Below, one piece after another: positions 11,901-24,589 of a stretch of 64,000 nucleotides of DNA; the first letter of the stretch is position 1; each line of letters opens with the position of its first letter. Source of the stretch: Ginglymostoma cirratum (taxonomy: Eukaryota); assembly GCA_024137785.1 (NCBI GenBank), contig JAHRHZ010000267.1, positions 21,121,625 through 21,185,624 of the forward strand, given 5' to 3'. Below the pieces are notes generated by a model. That model was given only the letters and a program-made list of their open reading frames with translations, was not told where the DNA came from and did not search any database. Both the position numbers and the translations under genes were made by a program.

Positions 11901-13611
11901 ATGGAGTTGATGAATAGAAAAACATTTGGCATGATTTGGGAGGTTTTGTGGAGGATACTGCAAACAACATTAAAAGGGAAAATGATGGATGAAGTATATT
12001 TGATGGTCATCTGATACAGAAGCTATTTCTAGAGTTTGCACGTGGATGGTTAGACATGGAGGCCCAGACGTTACTGTCAGCAATTGTATCCATTTCCCAA
12101 AGCTATGCTCTTGAAGACCATCGAGTTGATGAAAGCTGCAACTCTGGAATTCTTTGTCTCATAAGAAAAACTCTTGAAAATGTTACACCTTGTTGAATGA
12201 AGCATAACTAGGTTTTATCTACCTATTAAATTCAGTGTTACCATTAAATAACTGCACTGGCCCTTGATAGATTAATTCTATATTTGTTCAAAGTCAACTT
12301 TCTCCCATATGATCAGTATTTTCATAAATTTTAGACGTACTCTTTAAACAGGTTTACGTTGCTTCATCTTTCACCTTAAACCCACACGGTTCCCAATCAT
12401 CTACTTCACTGTTTTCAGAAATGCAAATTTAAAAGTAACAGGATTTGACAGGATTATTTTTATGGCTAGTTTGCCATCTGAGAAGATTTTCACTAAGATT
12501 TCACTGTTTCTTGACACCTGGATATACCCTTGACTTGGCAATTCAAACCGGCGTCTTTAAAAGGAAAATCCATGCTATAGAATCACTAGGATTTTGTGGA
12601 CCACGTTCTTCAGAATTAACAATGAGGGCTGACCTTTGATCGGGTGGGAGGAGTAAGAAAATTGCCATACCTTGTAATTCTGCAGTCTCTGACATATTTT
12701 AGAGATGCAACTATTGGTAAGTTTACAGTCCTACAAAGCCTTCATAACTAATTCAGTGTTTTTATAATAAATCTGATTGAATTTAAGGGATGGCACAAAG
12801 GGAGAGAATTCACTAAGGAGATGGATGGAATGCCAGCACATCTGTAAGTAACAAAATAATACATGAATAGAAATTAACGTTCTGTTGTAAAGGTGTGTAT
12901 AATATATTATATCTAACAGCCGTTTGCAGCTGAATTCACACTGCTGTTGGTCTATTCCCGCTGAGATTGCAGGATATTTTGGATGATCAACCTACTGCTA
13001 CCATGCTTACAATGGGTCATCTGGACAATTAAAGTTAATGGAATTTTTATTGCTTCAAGCCTCTGTAGATTGAAAAAAGGCTGCATCCTCAAGAGAAAAA
13101 CAGAATGATTTTGTTGGAACATTAATTTTCAATTTTATGATAGTAATTAAAAGAATTAATAAGACCAGAGTTGCAGAAAAAGACACTTTTCTCTCTTTCT
13201 AACAGATTAATGTAATACAGCAGCTGACCCTCCCTTAAAAAAATATTGTAACAACAGCATTTCTAAGGCAAATCTACATTCAGTTGTTGGGAATGGTACT
13301 ATCATGAGGTGTCATAACATAAATGATGACAAAGCTGCTGAAATGTGAATTTTCAGGGCAGGTTGTTGGCTGTGAATCTGGCTGAAGCCTGCTCAGTGAG
13401 ATGGAAGCTGCAGAAAAAAAAACACTTTTTATAGCTTTGTAGCCACAAGGCTTCAATATCGCAGCGGAAATTCTCAAGGAAGAGCTGCATACTTGTAATA
13501 ATTTAGAGTTAATACATCAAGGCAGATATACATACTCCACTAAGGAGTCAGCACAGGGTAAGAGGGTAGATAAGAAGTCAATAAAGGTACGCTTGCCTTA
13601 AAACAGTTGTG

Positions 13612-14105
13612 GCATAGATTCTAAGAGCAGGGAGGTTTGTTGGAGTTGCGCAGGACTTTGGATAGGCCACAACTGGAATACTGTGTGCATTTCTGGTCAC
13701 CGCACTGTAGGATGGAGGTGATTGTATTGGACACGGTGCAGAGGAGATTCAAGAGGAGGCTAAGTGGAGACCTGATTGAGATGTACAAGATGAGGAGGAG
13801 ATTGAACAGGGTATGCAGTAAACAGACATTCTGCTTTATTCAAGGGTCAGTAACAAGCGGGTATAACTTTAAAAGATGAATGGCAGGAGTTTGAGAGGGG
13901 ATTTGAGAAATTTCCTTTTCTTCCAGTGTGTAATGGGATTCTGGAATGCAGAAAACCTCAATGTTTAAAAGTACTTGGATGAGAACTTAAAATGGCATAG
14001 TATTCAAGGCCATGGGCCAAGTTCTGGAAAGTGGGTTTAAAATAGATTTTTCTTGGTCAGTGCAGACTGGGTGGACCAAAGAATCTCTTCCATACTATAT
14101 GATTC
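13612..14105 (+). mobile_element. CR1 LINE 3' fragment
   Basis: ORF 13637 LELRRTLDRPQLEYCVHFWSPH...VQRRF...GDLIEMYK is the CR1 ORF2 C-terminus; CR1 tail follows. Confidence 0.9.
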
Positions 14106-14109
14106 TCTT

Positions 14110-14830
14110 TCCTGCCTTTTCCCCATAACCCTCAATTCTCTGGCCGATCAAAAAGCTCTCAGCCTTGAATATACTTAATGAATAACCACAGCAGCCATCC
14201 ACAGTAAAGAATTCCACATATTCACTACCTTTTGAAGAAATTTCTCCTCATTTCTGCCATAAATGGGTGAACCTTTATTCTGAGATTATACCCTCCAGCC
14301 CTAGACTGTCACACAAGGGGAAACAACCTTTCCAAATCTACCTAGTTGAGCCCCCAAGAATTTTAAACGTTTCAATAAAAATCGCCTCTCATTCTTCTAA
14401 ACTCCAAAACATATAAAATCAACCTTGTGGATTCTTCTCATAAGACAGTTCCTCCATACTCTGGATCTAGTAAGTCTACTGTAGACTACTTCAAATGCCA
14501 GAATGTCTTTCTTTGGATACAGGGGCCCAAAACTGTTCACAGTATTCCATCTGTGGGCTGACTAATGCCTTATATAGCTTTAACAAAACCAAATCTACCT
14601 TTTATATACCATTCTGTTTGAAATAAAGATGAACATTCTATTTCCCTTCCCTAAGCAGTATTAGACATACATGCTAACATTTTGTTATTTATGCAAGGAA
14701 AATGCCTCTGTGCTGTAGCTTTCTGCAGTCTTTCTCCACTTAAACATATCTAGCTTTTCTATCCTTTCTGCTAAAGTGCACAAGTTCAGATTTCCGACAT
14801 TTTTTCTATCAGCCAAGTTTTTGGTATTTT
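14110..14830 (-). mobile_element. CR1 LINE 3' fragment, tail-to-tail with the previous copy
   Basis: Reverse-strand CR1 motifs GGGGCCCAAAACTGTTCACAGTATTCCA, TTTCAATAAAATCGCCTCTCATTCTTCTAAACTCCA, AAGAATTCCACATATTCAC. Confidence 0.85.
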
Positions 14831-14980
14831 TCTGTATGTCACAGAAGGTACAAGTGATTGATGTTGGAAGTTTATTAATGGCATGAGGATGAGGATATCT
14901 GCACATTAAAGTTCCCCTATCCCCCAATAAAATGAGATTTTTGCATCTCTGTAAAAACTAGTATTCATTACAAAGTGAAA

Positions 14981-15260
14981 GGGCGGCACAGTGGTTCAGT
15001 GGTTAGCACTGCTACCTCACAGCACCAGGGACCTGGGTTCAATTCCAGTCTCGGGTGACTGTCTGTGTGGATTTGCTCTGGTTTCCTCCCACGGTCCAAA
15101 GATGTGCAGGCTAGGTGGGTTGGCTGTACTAAATTGCCCATAGTGTTCAGCGATGTGTAGATTAGGTGGGTTACAGGGGGAAGGGTCTGAGTGGGATGCT
15201 CTGAGGGCCAGTGTGGACTTGTTGGCCCAAAGGGCCTGTTTCCACACTGTAGGGATTCTA
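14981..15260 (+). mobile_element. HE1-type tRNA-derived SINE (near full length)
   Basis: Head GGGCGGCACAGTGGTTCAGTGGTTAGCACTGCT (A box), GGGTTCAATTCC (B box), core CCCACGGTCCAAAGATGTGCAGG, HER1-like tail GGGCCTGTTTCCACACTGTAGGGATTCTA. Confidence 0.9.
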
Positions 15261-16065
15261 AGATCTAAATGTTCATTTTCATTTCTAGGCTGAACAACTG
15301 AGAGTAATTCCTGAGGCTTCAACCAATGCAAATACAAAAGGGGAGTTGAAGCAAGGTTTGGCCCTTACCTAGTATTGCTCCATAGTAATATGACCGACAG
15401 TCAAATTTCAGCAGAGCCACGCTATTTTTTCTGGAGGACAATACTTCATCTTCATCACTCTAATTCACAGCGCCATCATGCTACATGTAATTGACTTGAT
15501 TGAAATCATCAGATCCAGGCATCACACTCTCCAATGCAAAATGTGCCTTTTACTGATACTTACATATCAATCACAAGTTCACAGGTCATCTTGATATTTT
15601 TAGGATGTTACTGTAAACAAGAAAGAATTACTGCTATTTGTATTCTAGATTGAATTTAACTGGGCACATTGACTGGTACCCACCAGTACAAGATGACCCC
15701 ATTAAGACCTTATTCAGTGAGCTGCCACCTCATATGTTCTCGTTACATTTTAGAAGCAACTGTTTCATGTAGAACAAATAATTAAACCTAACATCAGCTG
15801 GAGGTACTTTTCCATTTTCATTAAAATAATGCAACAGTGAAAACTTCAAGGAACATTTGAATGAACAGTCCTTAAGCTATAGCCTACTTGTTTTCAAATA
15901 ACTTTGCCCAAGTAGTTTTCATGTTTTTAAAACAAGATACTTATACTATAAAGGCAAATGAAACAGATTTTATATTTGTGAATGCTCTAACAATCAGTAC
16001 AATTTGAGTGCAGTTTTTTTAGTGTCAATATCACGTTGTCGATAGTGATAACATCAGATAGGAAT

Positions 16066-16262
16066 TTAGAGTCAGAGAGCAGTGCAGCACAGAAACAGAC
16101 TTCAGTCCAACTCGTCCATGCCAACCCGATATCCTAAATTAATCCAGTCCCATTTGCCAGCATTTGACCCATATTCTTCTATACCCAATTTATCTACCCA
16201 TCTAGATGCCATTTAAATGTTGTAATTGTACCAGCCTCCTCCAACACCTCTGGCAACACATT
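16066..16262 (-). mobile_element. HER1/CR1 LINE 3' end
   Basis: Closely parallels the tail of the 51374-52715 element (CAGCACAGAAACAGAC...CAACTCGTCCATGCC...TTAAATGTTGTAATTGTACCAG). Confidence 0.85.
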
Positions 16263-16880
16263 CATTCAATGAATTATTTGCAACATGTAGTCATTGTTGC
16301 AGTGTGGGCCAACACCAACATTTGTTCACAGAGAGGCATCGCACTCAGCAATCACGTACATTTGTTTTTGGTGGTTTTAAGAATGTAAGAAGCTGAGTAG
16401 GCCATTCAGCCCTTCAAGCCTATTCTGTCATTCAAATGAAATCATGGCTGATCTGTGGCCTAACTCCATATATCTGCCTTTGCTTAACAAAAATGTCAGA
16501 TTTAAAATGAAAAACAAACTGATCTAGCATCAACTGCCATTTGTGAAAGAGAGGTCCAAACCTCTACCAACCCTGGTGGATAAAAGTGTTTCCTAATATC
16601 TCTCCTGAGTAGTCTGGTTCTAGTTTGTAGACAAATGGCCCACAGTTCTAGAATCCCCAGCTAGTGAAATTATTTTCTCTTTATCTACCTGGTCTTTTCC
16701 AGTTGATATCTTGAAGAGTTCGATCATAACACTCCTTAACGTATGTTTAAGGAATTTTGACTAAGACACCAGGAAAACATTCCTTCTTTTTCTGTGAACA
16801 GTGCTTTGAAACTGAGCAAGCAAATAGGGCTCATGTCCATTATTACACTTTAAAGTACTTTCCAGAGCTTCATGTCTGGT
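16263..16880 (-). mobile_element. Deu-domain SINE (SacSINE1/AmnSINE1-like), interrupted by a CR1 tail at ~16378-16740
   Basis: CAATGAA...TGTAGTCATTGTTG...TTTGTTCACAG tail, resuming after the CR1 with AAGACACCAGGAAAAC...CTTCTT...AGTGC. Confidence 0.5.
16378..16740 (-). mobile_element. CR1 LINE 3' end
   Basis: GAGTAGGCCATTCAGCCCTTCAAGCCT...ATCATGGCTGATCTG is the reverse complement of the CR1 3' UTR. Confidence 0.85.
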
Positions 16881-17924
16881 AGCCAATGTCAAGTAGCTGC
16901 TGATAACACTACAAGGGGCCACACATCCAGTAAAACATCATGAATCAATTGTAGTTGACCTAGGGGTAGGGAATTGCAGTCACACTAGAAAAAAATTATT
17001 TATGTTCGATGTGAATGCCAAATGGACCATATCAAATAAGCAGTCGTCATTTTACTCAACGTGAGTTTTTGTTTGTCCATTGAGTGCAGGAATAGTGTAA
17101 AGCTATTTGCTATGATTGATTTACTACTGCCGATTTGGAGCATTTCTACCCTTACGTTTTAAAACCACATGAATTTGTTCAAGAGGAATATAACCAATGC
17201 ATATGAAAAATGAAAAGAGAGTGAGAAAAGAGATAGTAGACTGCATTAGAAAGTCAAAAGGTAAAGGATTATAGGTGGTGTGGATTAAGGAGGGCACCTT
17301 TTAATGCATTTTTGTACAGAAGGACTAATATTATTGAAGATGTGGAAAATATGAAGAACATAGAGATTAATGAAGCAACCAGTACAATAAATTAGCAGCC
17401 ACACTCCATAGACAAACAAGGTATTGCAACCTTAATAGATGCAGAATCACCAGGATTTTTAATGTAAAATAGAAGTGCAGTAGAATTGATTTTTTTTTTG
17501 TGATGAATTGGATAAATAATAGCCTGAAGAAAATAGTAACATTAAATCTATTTGAATGGAATTCTTAACAGCAGAGAAAACCATTAAGTTTTCATATTTT
17601 TCCTAATTGCATATTTCATTTTAAATGAGTTTGCTGCCTTTCATTATTTGTAAGTGGAATTAAATATGGTAGGATATTTGCATCAAGTATCTAAGCAATC
17701 TGGTTAATCCTAAAAATATCGCGTACCTTCTGAGTAATCTGAAATGTTTAGACTCTGTTCAATTTCCTGACAGTCTTCACTGGTTATCACAGGACATACC
17801 TAGGACTATTATTGGGTTTTGACAGCTGTTCCTTGAAGCCAGAGGAATGTGTGTTAGATTCTACGACACTCAAGAGGTTCCTTCAGACTTTTTTATTCAT
17901 TAGAAGCCCCTTTTGACGGATTTC

Positions 17925-18500
17925 TGGAGTGTTGCTGAACAAAGAAACTTAGGGCTGCAGATACATAGCTTCTTGAAGGTGGAGTCACAGGTGGACAGGG
18001 TGGTGAAAAAGGTGTTTGGCTTGCTTGCCTTCATTGGTCAATACATTGAGTCTTGGATTTAGGACATCATGTTGTGGCTGTACAGGATATGGGTTAGGCC
18101 ACTTTTGGAATACTGCAATCAGTTCTGGTCTCCCTGCCGTAGTGAAGATGTTGCTAAACTTGAAAGGGTGCAGAAAGCATTTGCAAGGATGTTACCAGGG
18201 TTTGAGCTATAGGGAGAGGCTGAATAGGCTGCGGCTTTTTTCACTGGAGTGTCAGAGACTGAAGGGTGACCTTATATAGGCTCATAAAATCATGGGTGGC
18301 ATGAAAAGGGTGAACAGCCAAGGCCTTTTTTCCAGAGTAGGGGATCCAAAACTAGAGGGCATAGGTTTACAGGTAAGGGAAAAAGACCTTTTCTTAAAAA
18401 AAAAGGTCACACTTTTCATGCCAGAGGTGGTAATGGATACACATACAGCATTTAAAAAGGCAGCTGGACGGGTACATGAATTGGAAGGATGTAGAGGAGG
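17925..18500 (+). mobile_element. HER1/CR1 LINE 3' fragment
   Basis: Frameshifted ORF2 C-terminus (GLSYRERLNRLRLFSLECQRLKGDLI; TTGGAATACTGC...GTTCTGGTCTCCC). Confidence 0.9.
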
Positions 18501-18539
18501 GAGGAGGGAAGAGATCAGTTTAGGCTGTCTAGTCATTGC

Positions 18540-20120
18540 GAATGAGTGAACAAAATGAAGCCATGTAGAATCACTGACAACAAATGCATCTCTCCCGAAT
18601 GAGTTCAATACATTCTATGCTCATTTTGAACAAAAGGTCAATGAAATAATGTCACCACCCCCAACCCCGCCCCCCTCCCCCCTCCGAGGTGTCAGATCAG
18701 CTTACTTGAGAGTGAACCACTGAAAAGTGATTGGTCCAGATAGAGTCCCCGGTGGTGCACTCAGATCCTGTGCAGGCCACCTGGTGGGACTATTCCGACA
18801 TCTTCAACCTCTCCTTACTCCAATCGGAGGCTCCCACCTGCTTCAAAAAGACCACCATCATCCCAGTGCCAAAGAAAAATCAGGCAATATGCCTTGATGA
18901 CTGTCACCCACTGGCTCTGGTATCCATCTATAGGTTAGGAATGACACACAATCAACGCCAGCCTCCCAGACTGCCTTGATTCACTACAATTGGCTTACCG
19001 TCACAGTAGGTCCACAGCAGACGCCATCTCCCTGGCCCTATGGTAATCAATGGAACAGGTGGATAATAAGGTCACCTCCATCAGACTCTTATTTATTGAC
19101 TTGCATTCTGCCTTCCACACTATAATTCCTTCGCCTTCTTGACCACAGACCACAATCAGCAAGGATAGGTGACACCACCAGCTCGACGATAATCCTCAAC
19201 ACCAGTGCCCTACAACGCCGCATACTCAGCACCTTGCTATACTCAAACTCACAACTGCGTGACCAAACTCTTCTCAACCTCCATTTACAAGTTTGCTGAT
19301 GACACCACCAGAGTATGTCGGATCTTAAACAACAACGAGACAGAGTACTGGAAAGAGGTAGTGAGCTTAGTGCCATGCTGTGAAGACAGACAACAATCTC
19401 TCCCTCAATGTCATCAAAATGACAAGAGGTGATCATTGCCTTCAGGAAGCAGAGTGGGGGACATGACCCAGTCTGTATCAATGGTGCTGAGGTGGAGGTA
19501 GTTGAGAGCTTTAAAGTTCCTGGGAATAAATATCATCAATGATCTTTCCTGGCCCATCCATTTCAATGCTAAGCAAGAAACACAAGAATGCTTCTATGTC
19601 CCCTGAAAGTTAAGGAAATTCAGCATGTCCTTGTCTCTTACCAATTTTCATAGATGCACCATAGAAAACATCCTAACTGGATGCATCCCAGCTTGGTGTG
19701 CAACTGCTTTGCCCAAGTCCGCAAGAAGTCAGAGTTGTGAACACAGCCTAGTCAATCACGAAAACCAGCCTTACATCCATTGGCTCCAACTATACTTGCC
19801 ACTGCCTCAGGAAAACAGCCAAAATAATCAAAGATGCTTCCTATCCCAATTATACTCCTTTCCACTGGGCAGAAGATGTAAACATTTAAAAACACGAACC
19901 AAGAACAGCTTCTTCCCCACTGTTATCACACTTCTGAACAGACCTCTCATGAGAGTTGATCTTTCTCTGCACCTTCTCTGTGGCTGTAACACAATGTTCT
20001 GCATTCTGTTCTATTACCTTGATGTACTTATGTGAGGAATGATTTGCCCGGATAGCATGCAAAACAATACTTTTCACTGCATCTTGGTACATGTGACAAT
20101 AATAAATCAAATCAAAAGAA
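18540..20120 (+). mobile_element. Rex1/Babar LINE, 5'-truncated, frameshifted, internally deleted
   Basis: RT peptides DIFNLSLLQSEAPTCFKKTTIIPVPKK..CLDDCHPLAL, IYKFADDTT, LTNFHRCTIENILTGCI..W, RTKNSFFPTVITLLN; 3' tail GTACATGTGACAATAATAAATCAAATCAAA. Confidence 0.9.
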
Positions 20121-21679
20121 TCCCAACACTCTGGAGATCCACCTGGAATCCTCTGTTTTGGAGTTCTTTCCCTCCTGTCCACATCCTACATTAAAAGGTA
20201 GTCAGTACTATGCCTGAAGATCTTGGAACATGCTCACCTCCTTTTTCTAGCATTATTTTTGAGTACTTTCGGCTTCGATATTCTATACCAGTTAATTCCA
20301 GCATTTGTCGCAGCTGGAATATACATCTCTTTAAAGACGCACAGGTTTACTAAGTAATCTTAACCTCACATGAACATAGGCCTCCATGGAATCTGACACC
20401 TGGACAAAAACATCATTGAACCAAATGGACAATGTTGTCAACAAGAGAACAAACCTATATTTAGTCACGTGAATACATAATTAGTCTCTTCACGATAAGA
20501 CGTGACCAATTTTTCATTTGAAATGAACACACAGTTGAATTTTTTAAAACGCTATGATCATTTGCATGTGACTTGCATTAAAAATGTTGCTGAAATTTCC
20601 TGATTCTTACCTTCTCAAAAAAAGATTGTCTAGCAGTTTTTTTCTATTAATTTGAAAAACAAATGATAGTTCAATATAAATATACTGAGAGTGTGTCACC
20701 TAAATCTAACATACTCAGCTCTTTACACATGGAGCTTGTATTGCACATTTCTTAACTTACATTTCCCTCATTTTGTTTCCATGGTATATTTCTGCAGAGG
20801 CAGCTCAATGTTGAAAATGCTGTTGACAAATCGTTAGAAATTGATTGTTGTATCACGTTGCCAGGTTGATCCAAGTGCTGTCATTTGAGTCAGATGAAGT
20901 ATGTCATTTTATTTACATCCATTCAATGAATCTCAAATGGATCTTTGACATGCAGAGACCTCAAGGATAAGCTTTTTGATGGAAAGAGATTTATGATCCA
21001 GAACAAGGAAACCAATTGCAAATCCATTTAAGTATAGAGCTGTGCTGATTTCTTAGAGTAAGATGCATTGAAACAGTTTTCTTTCAAAACTGAGGCAACC
21101 AAATCTTCCTCCAAATGTATGAATCTTGACAGGTCTGCTTATACATTCAAAAACCTGAAAAAGCCAATCTAGGTGGTCATTTTTGAAGATGGAACTAAAA
21201 AACATTGGCCTTTCCTCATACAAGTTTATAAAGACTGACTAGGAAATATTAATTGAAATCAATGAAATACAGAAAAACAGATTCACAAAATTATTAATTG
21301 GAAAGATAACTGCATGAATATTTAATATAGATCAATGGCATCGCTTTAAAAGCACATTGTTACTCTAATATAAGTCACCATTGTAACTCATTCAATACTA
21401 GGCCAGTGTTATGATCAATAGTTTTCTCTACTCAGGGTTAGCTTTTACTAGGTCACGTAACAGATCAATATTTAATTATATTCAATAAAATAGTATTCCA
21501 TCTGTAGCCATTCCTTGTAGGTCAAGGACAAACTTACATTTCTTTGATAGCTCTTCCAACTTCAACATGTGACAAAGCTCTGAACTTGGAATTGGAGGTG
21601 CTGCAGTTATGTAGGGAAATGTAGCAGTAAGAACCCTCTAGCAGCTGGGAGGTAAAATGACCAAATGGTTCATTTAACA

Positions 21680-21920
21680 TTGATAGGTGAGCAATAAATG
21701 TTGGCCAGAGTAGGGAAACTCCCATGCTCTTCTTCAACTATTCAACTGACAACATGGGATCTTTTATGTATGCTTGAGAGAACAGATAGTTATAACACTT
21801 CATCAGCAACATAACCCCTTCAAAAATGCCATAATCCTATGGCATGGCAATGAATTGATTGTCTACATTTGTACTTTTTTTTATTATTATTTTTAGGTTG
21901 TAACTGACCTCTGCTATTGT
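21680..21920 (-). mobile_element. Deu-domain SINE remnant (SacSINE1/AmnSINE1-like)
   Basis: ATAAATGTTGGCCAG...GAAACTCCCATGCTCTTCTTCAA...CATGGGATCTTTTATGT...TGAGAG is the reverse-strand Deu core. Confidence 0.65.
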
Positions 21921-22169
21921 GCTAAGTTGGATTTCCTATTAACTAAGAGATATGACTAAAGTGATAGGAGAAATGAAGTACATTATGATTAAAAATGCAG
22001 AGGGGCACTCAAATAGAAATAAGATAGTGTATCTACACTCGAATGAGATATGGCGGACAACAACAATTAAGCCTCTTATTGTTATTGTCTACTGCCTCCA
22101 TCACCAGATTCTTCCGCATTGGACATCAATCGGAAGGAACAGGGAAGTGGCCAAGGGCGCAGGATGTAC

Positions 22170-22380
22170 ATTTATAGAGGTGATGCATTGGAGGATCGCC
22201 AGATTGGCCCTACCATTCCAGGAATCATTATTTGAGGAGCAGTTGAGGTTACTCGGCCTATTTGGTTTGGATTGAGCAATAAAAGGCAATTTCACGGAAA
22301 TTTTTAAATCCTTGAAGGATAGACAGTAAATTTGGGGGAAAAAAATTCCATAGCTGTGTAGTCTAGAACCAACGCAGAAT
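22170..22380 (+). mobile_element. Decayed CR1 fragment
   Basis: Peptide EEQLRLLGLFGLD*...KGNFTEIFKSLK resembles EERL.RLGLFSLE.RRLRGDLIE.YKILK. Confidence 0.55.
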
Positions 22381-23319
22381 AAAAGATAAGCCTGGGTATG
22401 CTCACAAACCAAAACATCCCCTTCTACACTATTGGCACCAGCCGGTCCAGTTCACATAATACATCTTTCCCTTGGATCCTCCGCTATCCTGGGACTGAGT
22501 TGGGGGATGAGGCATGTGCTTCCTGCAACTGTTGTCAAATCTACATGCTAATTCAACAGTTTACCCTTACCAGAAGCATTCATGTTTGAAAGAAAGATCC
22601 AGACTCTCACCACCCCACCCATATGCAGTCTATTGATGGAAAGAAGGGAGAAAATGGCACAAGAATCTGGTGAATGAACATGCAGAGTTATTCCAATTTG
22701 CATCACGGCAAAGTATACAAGTCCAAGGTTTATGCGTGCACAGGTCTTTCTAAGGATAATGTCATTGAGTCTAGTCTAGGTTCTATGATGTGTTAATGAG
22801 CAACGGCCAAGTCCTGTGGAGAAATAGAAAACATTAGAACTGCACATCAACCGCTACCCATAAAAACAGGATGATGACTTGGTTGCTGAAATTATCAGGG
22901 TAGGCAACAAACCACACCGCAGAGTGAAGCTACACTACCAAGTTGTGATTTCTGTATAAAAGCTAGACCTGGTTATATTGTACATCTACCAAGAAATCAC
23001 CTGAATCTACAAACAGAATATATCCTTGTAAATGTTTCAGAAAAATGGTTCCCATTCTTTAAAAGAAAAAAGTAGAATGTTGTATTATGGTGTATATTTA
23101 AGATCAGACAATACTATATGTTTAAGACAATTACACATTATGATTTTCCAGTATAAAAAAAAGGTACCCACCTCATCTTCAGTCACTCTTCATGTAGTGT
23201 CTTCAGTCAGTTAGCTATGTGCATAGAATGTGCAGTAAGCACAGAACCCAAACAAAGTGTATGGATCTGTTATTGTAACCCCACAAACTATTGGTGTTAT
23301 AAATAAACTTTAAGGTATC

Positions 23320-23483
23320 AGAGATAGTAAAGGACTGCAGATGCTGGAAACTAGAGTCAATAAATGTGGAGCTGGAAAAGCACAGCAGGTCAGACAGCAT
23401 CTGAGGAGCAGGGAAGTCAATGTTTCAGGCTAAAACATTGACTTCCCTGCTCCTCAGATGCTGTCTGACATGCTGTGCTCTTC
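23320..23483. mobile_element. Penelope-like pLTR fragment with fold-back inversion (51-bp arms, 7-nt loop)
   Basis: 23375-23425 and 23433-23483 are reverse complements (49/51); homologous to the 7664-7794 family; the turn lies inside the hammerhead region. Confidence 0.85.
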
Positions 23484-24558
23484 AAGATATCAGACTATGT
23501 TGCAGCCAAAACACAAGAAAAATAAACAAATCACGACAAAAAAGAAAGCAACATTCTGCCAGTCAGTGCTGCAGTTGCAAGTAATGCTTAGTTATGAAAA
23601 AAAATGTAACGTTGGGTACAGTAGAATATTTAGAAGCTTCCATCTTATCTACTGAAGTGATGTCAAACTACTGGGACTGTTCATCTACTTCACTCTGGTT
23701 TGATATCATTGCATGCACTTCAAAAACAGTGTTATACTTTTCTCCAGCTCCCTGTAAAATGATAGAGTCAACAAACAGAATGATTGTAGAAAGGGCCATG
23801 CAAATATATTTTATTTGATGTGTTGTTTATTTATGGCAGTAAAGATAATTAGATCAGTAGCAGCAGTATTGAAACTACCCCAGCGTTATCCAGCAATTAT
23901 CCTATCCTACTTTACATGGCAAATAGTTGAAACTCCTGAGGAAGTGCAATAAATGTATGATATATCTGAATACATATGAATTTAGGAATAAAGAAATCCA
24001 ATGTGGATCATTGTATAGCCTTTGAGTCTATTGCATTCTGAGAATGTATTTGATATTTGCACTGGTAGTGGTATGGAGACAGCTGGAGTAAAGCAGACAG
24101 TAATTTCAATTTCAAAAAGAGAATCAATATTTCTAAGCCATGTAATAAAAGCAATCTTTCGGCATGATGGTACTCTTTCTTTAAAATGAAGCACCTACAA
24201 TATTGAACTTCAATATTAGAGTCAAAAATCAATGTTTTCTGACGATGAAGGACAGGAAAGAGAGATTGGAGGTAGACCTAGCAAATTGCAACACTTACAC
24301 AACTGCATCAAAAAAAGACCTACTGGTCAAGAAGAGCACAACATACAGTGTGGAACATGTTCATGAAAAACTCAAATGCACAAATAGAATATACATAAAA
24401 ATAACAGATCAGAAATAATTTCAAAGCATAGTAACTGTAAACCTTGCTTTCAGTACCCGCACACTATGTGGTACATACAGAGCGACATGTTGGAAATGTT
24501 ATGTTTGTCTATAATCCATAACAACGGCACATGTAATTTTGAGACTTTTGTGCGTGAA

Positions 24559-24586
<28 letters not shown>
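24559..24586 (+). repeat. (AC)14 microsatellite
   Basis: Perfect dinucleotide run. Confidence 0.95.

Positions 24587-24589
<3 letters not shown>

Noticed and set aside
14981-15050. tRNA gene
   Set aside because: The A/B boxes belong to an HE1 SINE head that continues into SINE core and tail; no complete cloverleaf
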